Assembly: GCA_964016885.1 (NCBI GenBank)
Contig: OZ024742.1
Span: forward strand, 277,140,001 to 277,204,000
Reading direction: 5' to 3'
From: Eledone cirrhosa
Taxonomy: Eukaryota
DNA length: 64,000 nucleotides
Within the stretch, counting starts at the first letter, position 1. Each line of letters begins with the position of its first letter. The notes beneath the pieces were generated by a model that was given only the letters and a program-made list of their open reading frames with translations, made no database searches and had not been told where the DNA came from. Shown here piece by piece: positions 34,901-47,090 of the stretch. Both the position numbers and the translations under genes were made by a program.

Positions 34901-35060
34901 AGAGAGAGAGATGAATTTGTTATTTTAACATTGAAATAAAGCATTTGTTAAACTACATACATTCCACTGTGTTTAAACCTGACTTGCTCAAAGTTTGTCC
35001 TACCATTCCTTCATTTTTAAAATAATTCTTGTTAATTTTTAAAAATATCAACTGTTGATC

Positions 35061-35080
35061 TTTGTACAAAAATAAATAAA
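35061..35080 (+). promoter_or_regulatory. Candidate distal poly(A) signal (TTTGTACA...AATAAATAAA)
   Basis: UGUA element immediately upstream of overlapping AATAAA hexamers, with U-rich sequence downstream. Confidence 0.3.
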
Positions 35081-38000
35081 TATTCTAAAATCTTTGTTTA
35101 AATCTCAAATAGAAATTACTTCTACATTCCCAAGTTGCCCACCTTTGTATACACACACATAATACTTATTGAAGCTCACCCTCAGTGCAACCACTTCTGT
35201 TCTCATCATTCTTTCTATGTCTCATCTGCCAAGCTCTGCACTAAAACTTTCTTAACTGAATGGACATAATCAGTCTGTGTGGGGCCTGCAAAGGTCATAA
35301 GTGTTGCCATTCTTCCTATGATTAAATATAAAAATATAATCATTTGAACTTGAGTTCTGTCCAACCAATACATCCAAGTCATTTATAAAACTAAAATAAA
35401 ACAATACAAATAAATAATCACCACCATCACCACCATGTGTTTTAAGCTAGATTTTATTTGGGTTTTTGGAAGATGAAAATTGATATAAATCTTGAAATTT
35501 TTCATTTATTATAATCAGTTATTTATATTTGATGTAGAGAGAAAGTTGATTAGCTTATAAGTTCATGCAAAGGTTTCTATGTGTCTTTGGGCAGAAATAT
35601 TAATTCCACATTACCTTTGTCTGCAAGACCCAGTCTCTGAATGTTATCAGAGATATACTATTATTCTATCTCTTAAGACAAATATGTGTCATCTATTTAA
35701 AGAGACTAAATTGTAGCACTGATTCTTGAGTAAATTTCAGGTGGTTTGGAAACAGAAAATTATGCCCCTAATCCATTTTTTGAACTTATTTGCTGCCAAC
35801 TCATTTAAAATCACTCCTGGTTCCATGTTTCCAACTTCCTCAAAACTACCCATATGAAATGTCATATGAATATTAATGGTTGTATAAATAATTCAAAGAT
35901 TTCAGTTGGTAACATCTCTGTTATGGTTTTATATTAAGGCTGCATTCTAAACACCAGTTTATCAGATAATTTATAGTATCTAGTTCAAATCCTTCCAGGG
36001 GTGATTATTATCATCCATTGAAAGTCAATGAAATAAATTAAAGTCATCAGGGTTTGATTCGGTTCACTTTATCACTACATGGTTAAATATTAGCTAGGTA
36101 TCTAATCAAAGTAGATCTATATGAAGGAAATTAAGTTAATAGAAATTATAAAACTCTGCCAAGTGATTCACAGTATTTAATTTTGTCCCTCATAAGCTAA
36201 GAATTTCAAAAACCAACCACTGAGATTCGATTCCCTTTCATGCAACTATTCTTCCAGGAACAATAAAATAAGTGTTCATCACATATTGGTATTAAATCAA
36301 TCAATCAACTATACTTAAAAAAAAATTAATTTGGATGTAAGTGTTAAAATTTAGTGACACATCTTTATTACTGTCGATTTAGAATATGTAATGACCATAG
36401 GTGTGTGACAAGGCATTAACCTATCTTTATTATTAATAATAATGATATTAATAGATTGTCTAGCCACACAGATATTTAAATCAACTTCTCAACTACTATC
36501 TTTCATCAACATTTCAACTGAGCAGTCTAACTACTTTCAGGAATATTTCAGTCCAGTATCCATTGAAAGTTGAAAAATTGAATTTTAAATATAATTTTGA
36601 CTAGAGATTTTTATTTGTTTTGGTGGTAGTAGTGGTGGAGTATTTGAACTGTGTAACACTTATATTTTTGTTAAACTGATGTAACTTATAATTGTTTAAT
36701 TGATCTCATTTACCTGTGATTGTCAATTCGATTTTTGTTGTTTTTCAGTTCTAGAAAATATATATTTAAAAAATAAATAACCATGGTCAACTCTGCTTCT
36801 GCATACTTATTGCACAGAGACAGGCAATCAAATACTTAAGATCAGGCCATAGTTTTAGGACACACTAGTGTCATGATGGATGTCCTATTTGGCTTGAACT
36901 TCAATCAATATTTTTTACTATCCTGATATATATTATCAGCCAGGTATACTGTCTTAAGATGTATAAACTTGAAAATACATGAAAATACAGTTTTTTCTAA
37001 TTTATAAACAACTTTGTGGTATTATAGAGCAGGAAATCAAAAATTGGCTGTAGGAAATATTTTAACATTCCTGTTTTATTCTGCTAGATCTCACTTTGTA
37101 TATGAGTTTGTTTCAACTGTCTTTTTATCCTATGAAGGCTAAGTCTAGTTAAAGAAAGGCTTGGAGCGGGATTAAACAGTCATTATTAGCTAGGAATATT
37201 GTGCAAGTGAGTTAAAAGGTTGTTTTCAGTGATAGTTAAAGATGAAAAGAGTAAAACTAAATTGGTTCAAATGCAGTGTACATTTTTAGTATTATGTACT
37301 CCTATTTTTTATATTTGTTATAGGAGTGTGGCTTATAGGTTAAGTGTTAAAACATAAAACACCCCTGCAATAGAAATAAACATTTGAGTTCAAATACAAG
37401 CCTAATTGTATGAATATTTATATGAACTAGATCAATAAAAATATAGCGTAAAACATAAATGAAAAAATAAACACACTATGAGGATAACAGTCCAGAAACA
37501 TGTTTAGTTACTACAGCAATTGTCTATACGTATGCGATGTTAAAATTCACTAGGAAACGCCAAAAAAGTGAAATGTATCCGGAGTTATCTCCCATACGTG
37601 TTGACCCAAAGAAGAAAATGAAAATATTAGTCATCACCCCCCCCCCCCCCCCCCGGCACACATTTTTAGTTTTATTTTGCTTTTCTGACATTTCAAACAT
37701 GAAATGTAATCTCATTTAACTGCTATAGGAAAATAATTAATCTAAGAAATTTACATATTTAGTTATATCTTTGTGTTCGAATAAAATAGTTTAAAATAAT
37801 AATAATAATAAAAATAATTTGTGTTGGCCTGTCTTTTCCTGTTGTAATGTTTTTATTGTTTATTCATTCATGTTTGTATACTACTATGTATTTACCTATA
37901 TGCATATTTATGTAGCTACCTGTCTATAATATATATTATATGACACATGCAAGTTAATAAACACAGTTAATCATGTTAAATTAGAACAATAGGACATACA

Positions 38001-41000
38001 AGATGTCTTTTGGATGATTATTCATTCAGAATTTGAGCAACAGTATAATAAAAGCTTGTTTATAAGTAGTAAAATCTCAGTCTCGAACTGAAGTAACTGA
38101 ATAATTTCCGAGTGAAATCACTGATCCCACCAATGTAGTGTAGTGTAGTGTGAGTGTATAGCCATGCTAACAACAACAGAGAGCTAACAGTGACAGGCTG
38201 TACTTATATACCATGATATCCTGTATACAGCTTGGTGACTGAGCCAGCAGGAGTTTGACCATTGAGTACTGCCATGACGATAACAGGATTCAAACCATCA
38301 GAATTCTTTTTTTTATTATAGTATTCACATTATAGACAATTAAGTGTGCAGGTCTTTGAGTGTCCATTCATGAGATGCACTGACATAATTTATTTTCTCA
38401 TTCAAGGTGTCAAAAGAAAAAAAAAGCTGTTTCCAAAATATTTTTTCTTTCATTTTTGGAAAGGAGAAACAATACTTTAATTTTTTAACCTTTTTTTGTG
38501 TCTTGCTTTCATAAAATATATTTGAGAATTTTTGTTGTTTGATTAGTTAAGTATATGAATTGTTATAGCTTCATAGATGTTTGGTTTAGTCTATATAATT
38601 GACATACTGCTAATGACAAGCGAAACATTTGATATAATTAATAACGAAAGCCAAAAATATACCTAATTTCCAAATATATTTAATAAACTCCTAAATCAAA
38701 TTCTTTTTGTGAAGAATATACATACACAATTGTGTTTGTGTGTATGTATGTATATATATATACTAGTGTGGAAGATGGGCGTTAAACGATGATGATGATA
38801 TTACATACATAAATGTGTGCTTTATATAATGCAGTTATGTGTGTGTAGGTAGGTGTGTGTTCCATATTTCCATGAATAGCAAATTGAACTGTTAAAATTG
38901 CTAATTTATTTTCATAATCAGGGCAGTGAATTGGCTGATCTATGGTTTGTGATATTTAGTTGCATATATATACATTGTAAATTTCAAATCCCATCAAAAT
39001 CAACTTCACTTATCATCTTGTTGAGGTGGTTACTAAAATAAATGCCAGTCAAATACTGAGACCCATTCCCCTAAATTTGAGACATTGTTTCTTTGCAAGA
39101 AATTATTATTATAATTATTACAGGGGAGATGGAAGACTTGCCAGACAAATGTTTTACTGTATTTAGTTAAATTGCTTTACATTTTGAGTTCAAATCTTGC
39201 TGTGGTCAATAAAATAAGTACAAATACTGGGACAATTTATCTGTTCTCACCCAAAATATCTGTGGCATTGTTTCTGTATTAGAAATCATCATTATTATTA
39301 TTATTATTATTATTAAAGAGGTTAGTAGATTGTCAGAAACAAGAGGATATTATTGGACTAAATGCATTCCAACATCTCTTTTGAGTTCAAATTCCATCAG
39401 AATATATTTTGTTTGACATTCCAATAAGAATCGATAAATTATGGACCTCTCACAAATTGAAGGTGTGTAGAAGAGAGGGTGAAATTGAATCAGTTATATC
39501 ACTGTCTCTCCTACACAACTCCCTAAAAAATGTGATTGCCAAAGTTAAATATCATTATGATTATTAAAACACACTAAAAATATTTTTTGTCTAGTTTCTC
39601 TCTCAACCTATGCCCCCACCCTCGTCCTTTCCTTGGCCCCATGTCTTCCATAATTTTCCTGGAATTTTTCTTTTACTTTTGGAAATTTTGGATACAATTT
39701 TGACCAGATGAAATCTGCTGACAAACAAAAATCAAATATGACAATAATAAAAAATAACATCAAAGTGAAGTTTCATGTAAAATTGAGTCTAAGTACCTTG
39801 GGTTAGCCATGAGACAGCATCTGCAGAAGGAAGAACAGAACACACTTCCTAAAGGTTTGGAATTAATTTCCTTATCCATTGTCCTTTTTAACAATAATAG
39901 CAAAATTCAAAATTAGTGGTGGTAGTAGTAATAATTGAGTAATTGTATGAGGATATTAAGCAGAAGATTCGAACTAGATATAATAATAATAATAATAATT
40001 ATGAAAATTATTGTGTACAGTGCTCAGGTGCACTACAATTCATCAAAGGTGCATGTATAGTACATAGAATAATGTACATATATTAGCAATAGAGGTAGAC
40101 CTCTGAGAATGTTCTCTAATAAGTTACATATGATGATGTGAATAATAGTCAGAATAACTTCCAAAATTTAACTTTGAGAACTAGAATTTTATTTTTTATT
40201 TTTTCCAGTTTTAGGTTAAAACATAATTGGAGCAGGCAGGCAGGTTTTAGAAAATCAGATTGCTCTTTAAAACAACATGAACTAAGAAAGAGCAGTGATT
40301 CTAAATGTAAATTATATGATCCTCTCTCAGACTAGTTAATAGTAAGTAATCCTGAGCCATGAAATTTATAAGGAACAAGGCTCTTTAACTGAGAAAGACG
40401 AAACCCACAAAATACATTAATAGTTATAATAAATGTTGTAATTTTATTGGATTTTAATCAATTACATCTTCATGAAGCTTATCTTGAGCAAGTTAACTCC
40501 TGTCCAAACTTTCATTGAAGGCAAGATTTGATTTGGCAAGCTAATGAAGCAGTTGCTGCTTTTATATTACTACTGTCATTTACAATAGTGAATTCTACCA
40601 CCTTAAGGTACCTGTTTATAGCTAGATGATATGAGCTGACTTCTTATTTTGCTTGGAACACAGCACATTGCTGGTGACAAGATAAACACAAACTTCCAAC
40701 TCTCTGATATCTCAATTATCTTTGCCAGCATCAACTATAAAATCATCACAGTATGTGTATCTCCCTATATATTGCATTTGTAATTTGGTACTGTTGTGAT
40801 TATCAGTAACATATGTCAATGTTAGACATTGAAAATATTCTGAAAAGCAAAAAAAAAAAAAAAAAAAAGCAATACTGAGTCTAATTTAAAGCTTCTGTGT
40901 ACCATAAGCATTTGTATGCTTGCTTTCTACAAGATGTAGTACTTATTTTATGAGATAAACGAAAGTCTAAATAGACTTATTAAATCATAACAATAAGGCT

Positions 41001-41242
41001 AAAGATAATTATGTCTGCTCACATTGACACTTGATTAAATTGATCTTAGTACAGGTTTCATACTTATTTTATTGACATCAGCAAGATTAACAGGGGAAAA
41101 AAAATTAACCTGAGTAGAATTTAGACTAAAACATGAACACCAGTCCTGCTTTGGGGTTGCGGTCCAACTCAGTTGACTATTGCTCTCCCATACAAATTTG
41201 TGCCATTGTAAGAAATCACTATTACTCCTAATAGTAGTAGTT

Positions 41243-41475
41243 AGGATGTTGGGCTTATGATCGTAATGTTGTGTTTAATTGCTGGATCAGATGGAGCATT
41301 ATGTTTTTGAGCAAAACACTTCATTTCTTATTTCTCCAGTGAACTCAGCTGAAAATGATTGCCAGCAGCTAGGGGTTAACCCTGCAATGGACTCTCATTC
41401 ACTCAAACACCAATGAAACTTGGTTAAACTTCAGTCTGATGACCCTCTGGGCTGGGGACAAGCTTTAACTTTTAA
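41243..41475 (+). mobile_element. Decayed tRNA-head SINE with gaaac...ctgatga...cttt tail; related copy ~63395-63638
   Basis: The two copies share cttcatttc.t.tt.ctccagt..actcagct...gttaacc.tgcaatgga...ctgatga. Confidence 0.6.
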
Positions 41476-42493
41476 TTACTACTACTACAATACATTGGCT
41501 GAGCAGATGAAGTACTGGGTAACTGTCTCATATAATGCAAGTTCACGTCTTGCTGCAAGACAAAATCCTTAACTCTGCTTGCCTAAGTAAGGCTTATATA
41601 CTTGATTTCAGAAGTCATTTGTTAATTCATTCACCTTGCAGTCTGCATTCACGGCAGTTTTCTTGTCAACTCAATACACTGAATCCTGGTGGATTACCTG
41701 CACTTTAAAAAGCATTAAAATAGGGAGTCTTTGTGATAGTGCCCATGTCACAATGCTTCTCTTCATGTACCTACCAACTGCCTTTTGTTTCACAGATTGT
41801 TTTTTGTTTGTAAATTATATGAAGTAGCCTGCTTATACAAATTCTTCACATGTGATGCTGTACCTAACCTGAAACGTATTTTCATTTGTGCAAGGGCAAG
41901 GCACATAGTACTTTGTTTCAGTTCGCCAGACTGACAAAAAAGGCATTCCACTGCTTATGTGACAATTGAATTATTAGAGGTAGGGAGGGCATCCGGAAGC
42001 TGTAAATACAGATTTGCCAACAACCATTACAACCATGCTAGCTAACATGGTAAACTATATGTAAAACAAAATAAAACAAATAAAAAATAAAGGTAATAAG
42101 ATAGGAAAAAAAAATTGCTTTGCTTCAATTTCACTTATAAAAACCATTCAAGCATGCATGTATGTCACGAATCACCATTTATCCATAAACATTTTTCTTT
42201 TTTTTTTTTTTTTTTGGAGATGAGGCTTCATTCCATTGCTACCAAGTTTCTTGTTATATATATGTGTGTGATGCTGTTCGAATTATCATTTCATTATAGC
42301 CATTACTTAGGATTTAATGCTGGCTAGTGGTCTTCAGATGGCATAAAGAAATCTTATAAAAGATTTTAAAACTCTGAGTAATGTCTATCAGAAAACAATA
42401 TTAAATCTTAAAATAATGGCATGTATTACTCTGCCAAACATATTGAGTACTTTTTACTTGTTTTGTAACACAAACCTTTATATATATATATAT

Positions 42494-42678
42494 ATAGGAA
42501 AAGAGTCAGGACCCCGAAGGCTGAGTTACGGACGTTTCGACAGCTATTTCTGAACGAAACGGCCGGAGCTCGGCCATCGGGGGTCCTGACTCTTTTCCTA
42601 TTACCCACTCTACTACCCATAGTATCGAGTACTCTAGTGCGTTATGGTCCACCTGTTTCCTTACCACACTTACTTTGT
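42494..42678. mobile_element. GC/CpG-rich short element inserted in (TA)n with a ~46-bp stem hairpin (42494-42601)
   Basis: ataggaaaagagtcaggaccccga...cgtttcg pairs with cgaaacg...tcgggggtcctgactcttttcctat; (TA)n on both flanks. Confidence 0.65.
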
Positions 42679-43612
42679 TATATATATAATGTGTGTATGA
42701 ACATTTATAAAATGAGAAGAAAATGTACTTAATGCAAGTAGTAGAGTTTATTCATTTATTTGAAGCTGGGGTTTTGCATTTTGGCCTTTCACAGCAACTG
42801 GAATTTTGAGCAAAATATAGTTACTGTAGAAATGCAAAGTGCAGCCTAATGATGGACAGAAACCTTGACTTCAAATAAGAAGACATATGGATCCTCTAAT
42901 GGTTTTGGTGATGAGTATTCAGTTGTTTGATCAACTGTATTACTTCCTCATTGAATAAGTGTTTAATTGGCTGAATATTCCACAGATACCTTTAATGTAA
43001 TTCTGTGGCAGAATCAGTGTACATGTGATAAGGCTGGCCTTTTGAATTAGAAGTACAGTTGATCTGATGGGCTTCCACACAGTTTCTGTTTGCCCAATTT
43101 CATACAGAAACATAGGTCTACTCATGGCTATGATAAATGGATAGTAGCCCAAAATACCATTCAGTGAGATCAAACTCAGAATTTTATGATTGGAAAGTGA
43201 ACTTCTTAACCATTTTGCCATGTCCACATCTGAATGAATGTATATATATATATTATTTAAAAGCTTCACCTCTATGCGGATGTTACAATAGAAAATTTAT
43301 AAAGTTGCATAAAAATGTAGTAACTTGCTTGTCTTCCATGCAATCACTCCTGCTTTCCCCTCAAGTTTGGAGTTGATATTTAGTAGCTTTTGCTAGTTTT
43401 GCTTCCTTTTCAAAGTTCTTCCAAAAGATACATTTTTATAGGCATGTATAGCCTGTTTTTCTACATTTATTTGTTTGGTTACTGAATAAATAAGTATTAA
43501 GCTTATTGTCTTAAATTAACAGTTGTACTGTGAATATTGAAATAAGAAAAGCTTGTGATGTATTTCTTTTTAATAAAATAAATGCTTTGTTTAAATTATA
43601 TATACTGATCTT

Positions 43613-43960
43613 AGGCAGCGAATTAGCAGAGTCATTAGAACATTGGGTAGAATGCATTGTAGTATTCGTTCAAGTTCTCTGCACTCTGACTTCAAATCCT
43701 GCCCAGCTCGACTTTTCCTTTCATCCTTTCTAGGTTGATAAAAAAAAAGTACCAGTCCAGTACTGGGGTCGATTCTTCTGCTATATCTCTTTCTCACTTC
43801 CTCTCTATCACTCTTCCATTCTTTAGAGAAATCGGCTGTGTTCAGACCCGGAGAGTGGATGAACTCTGCCAGGTTTAAACAAAACTGCCCAAGAAATGCT
43901 GTACATCTCTACGGCATCCCTAAAACTCCATCAGGAGTTATGGTTTCATACATACATATA
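43613..43960 (+). mobile_element. SINE with family 1 head/core and a different long tail (second copy 61834-62160)
   Basis: Both copies share aggcagcgaatt.gcagagtc.ttagaa...ggggtcgattctt..ctatatctctttctcact...catcaggagttatgg. Confidence 0.8.
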
Positions 43961-44343
43961 CTGATTCTTTTTTTAATTAAAAAGAACCATGCGGCCAGTG
44001 TTTATCTCTAGTAACTGTAGCATTAGTGTTGTAAGTATTTGAGAGATAAATGGGCATCTGGAATGGATGCTAGTCTATTGCAAGTAGCTTTACTCAGCCA
44101 ATGCATAACTCATTTCCACAGTGCTGTTAGTCATTATATGGATGTGATAGGCCATCCACAGTACCTACATTAGAGCTAAGTGGATTTGGCTGTTCAGAAC
44201 CAAACATTTGGCCATGACTTCAGTGGTTGGCTTCTAACTGTCAAATTGGTTCCACTATCCATGATCTTTATAAGTATGTGTGAGTAGTATAGAGAATTTG
44301 ACATTTATAGATATACTGTAGAAAGGTATTGGTAGCATTCCCA

Positions 44344-44378
<35 letters not shown>

Positions 44379-45720
44379 TGTAGTTAATATAAAGCATTGT
44401 GAGATATGTACATATACATACACACATACACTTTTATTGTGCAGTGGCCATACTGAGCCATTTATATATATATATATGGCATACAGTATATGCTGAAAAT
44501 TATGAAATAAACTTGAAACATTTTTACACAATATATATATTTCTTTTTAGATTTAGTTTCTTTTCAGTGATGGGTAAACTAGGATTGATCAGTAAATAAG
44601 TATTGGCATTTTTTCAATAGTGTTGAATATAAAGTGAATATGAAAGAGGATAGGATTATTGCTGATATTTAAAAAAATCAGTAGTTGTGTGTGTGCATAC
44701 AGGTTGTATGTTTTTCCCTTTTTAGTACGTTATGCACAACCTGAGTTGATGCAAAATTGATTATGTAGCTAATAAATGTGAAGTCACATACGGCAATAAA
44801 AGGGTTTAAAGAAGTTTTTTCTTGTCTTCGACAGTTTTATTCCTGGACAAAATACTGTGTCTTCCACAACACAAACAACTACACTTGAATTTATCTTTGC
44901 TCACTCCTAAAGGTTTCTTCTATTTTACTTTCTATATGGTCTCTGCTTTTTAGCTTCAATGTCAAATTTTAAAAGATTACTGGTGACTTGTGTCTATCTG
45001 CAGGGGGATGTAAATGTGTGTGTGTGTGTGTGTATGTGTGTATGTATGAGGAATGTGTGTATGTGTGCGTATTTGTTTTACTAGCTCATGAAATGTTTGT
45101 TGTGTAACTCCCATGCGTATATTCACTATCTCGCAGGTCCATGCAAGCACTTTTTTTTCATTCATTTGTCTTATATAAACACATACATATAATCTAACAC
45201 ACATGCGCACTCACATTTAAATACATATGAATTTTCAGTAAACTCACACACACACACATATATGCATACACAATCAATGCATGTTATCTCACACACACAA
45301 ACAAACCTTAAAACCAAGAACTATGGTATTGAATGAAGTGAATGTTGATTAGTGATGAGATAAGAATAATTAATTACATAATTGTTAGTTTCTCCTATAA
45401 TCTTTAAGTAACTTGATAGAACTTGTTCTATCACTGTTCATTACTTTGGTGCAGGGATGTAGTGTGTGTGTGTATGTACTTATGTATGTACTTATGTATG
45501 TATGTATGTATTTGGGGATGGTCATGTTGCCAATAAAATCAAATAGTGCATATTTTTCTTGGCTATATTGGCAACAAGACCTTCTCTAAATATAACAATA
45601 TCTATTTCAACACTCAATTTTACATCAAGAATCTTGCAAAACAGATACATAAGTGTGTGTGTGTGTGTGTCAGCAAAGAAAAATAATGCAGGAGAACAAT
45701 ACAATACAATGATGATATAG

Positions 45721-45790
45721 ATTAGTTTAACACTTGATGTAGTAGGAAAGGAGACTTAATGTTTTAGACAATAGTCTTTCATCACAAGAC
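45721..45790 (-). repeat. Second, decayed copy of the 7828-7900 hammerhead-bearing element
   Basis: attagtttaa..cttgatgtagtaggaaa.gag.cttaa..ttt.agacaatagtctttcatca is shared with 7828-7891; the core boxes are mutated. Confidence 0.75.
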
Positions 45791-45939
45791 AATGAGAGGA
45801 TGTTTGGGAGAAAGGAAAAAAAAAAATAGGAAGATAGCTGAGAGTAAGGAAAGAAAGAAAAAGAGAGGCAAGAAAGCATGTGTTGTTAGTTGGTTAGTAT
45901 GAATAAAAACATCATAGTGAACTATTTTTATTATTATTA

Positions 45940-46905
45940 TGGAAGAATTGAGAGAGCATTAGACAAAATATATTTCAGTATGTACTTTTGTCCTGAGTCA
46001 AAATTCCACTTAAGTCAACTTTGCTTATCTTTATGGGGCATGTGGAAGGCGATTAAATGTGTATAAGCCTAGTCCTGGGATCAATCTACTTAACTGTTCC
46101 CTCTCCAAATGTTTGTGGCCTTGTGTCAATGTTAGAAATCATTTTTAAGGGGGTTGTGGATTGGCAGAATTGGTAGAACCTTTGGCAAATTGCTTTGTGG
46201 TATTTCTTCCGTCTCATGTTCTCAGTTCAAATCATGCCAAAGTCAACTTTGCCTTTCATCCTTTCAGGGTCTATAAAATAAAGTACCAGTCAAATACCAG
46301 GGTTGATTCAATCAACTTTGCCCTCTCCCTCAAATTGCTGGCTTTGTGCCAAATATAGAAATAATAATTATTATTCTAATGCTGCTGCTGAAAGTAGTTG
46401 ATGGCAGAATTGATGCAGCAGTGGATTAAATTCCTTGTGGTGCATCTGAGCATATTTAGGTCAACTTCAACTTTCATTATTTTCTGTTCCAGTTACGGCC
46501 CTTGCCATTCTGATATCAAATCCCGCCGAGGTTAACTTTGCCTTTCATCCTTACGGGGTCGATACAATAAAGTACCAGTAATACACTGGGTAATTGCTGG
46601 CCTGGTGCCAAAAGTAGAAACAATTATTTTCTGTTCCAGTGAAATATTTATCTATCAAGTACTAAAGTAATTGATATCATTCACTGTACTCTCTTCCCAC
46701 AAAATTGTGGCTATGTAAAAATTATCATAAATACTATTGATACTGAGTGTTAAATTGGTAGATTATTGGAATAAATAAGTTGGTGTATTTAGTTGTGTCT
46801 CTTTATGTTTTGAGTTTCAACCCTACCATGGTTGACTTTGTCTTCCATGTTCCCCATCGATGATAAAATAAGTATCAGTCAAGTATTGGGGTTGATATAA
46901 TTAGT
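45940..46905 (+). mobile_element. Head-to-tail cluster of SINE family 1 copies of different ages, including a young truncated copy 46494-46622
   Basis: Repeated B-box/core motifs at about 45995, 46225, 46515 and 46810; the young copy has an 18-bp TSD attattttctgttccagt (46476-46493, 46623-46640). Confidence 0.8.
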
Positions 46906-46910
46906 TGTAC

Positions 46911-47090
46911 CAGGACTGGAATAACTATTAAGTAAAATAAACACATGCTTAGGGTATCAAGGGAAAAGGGGTACCATTTTATTTAAATTAAATGTATTTA
47001 TCTTTTTTTTTGTAGACTTTATATATGTTGGGAGGGGGCACTGTAATCTTTTAAGTGCTTAGGGCCTCAAAAGGACTTAATCTGGCCTTG
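46911..47090. mobile_element. Short TIR element; inverted second copy ~61187-61376
   Basis: caggactggaataa...ttttaagtgcttagggcctcaaaa..acttaatctggccttg; the reverse-complement copy ends ttaatccagtcctg. Confidence 0.65.

Noticed and set aside
41415-41450. Permuted hammerhead (gaaac...ctgatga) in SINE tails at 41.4 and 63.6 kb
   Set aside because: Stems I and II cannot be formed convincingly and spacing differs between copies.
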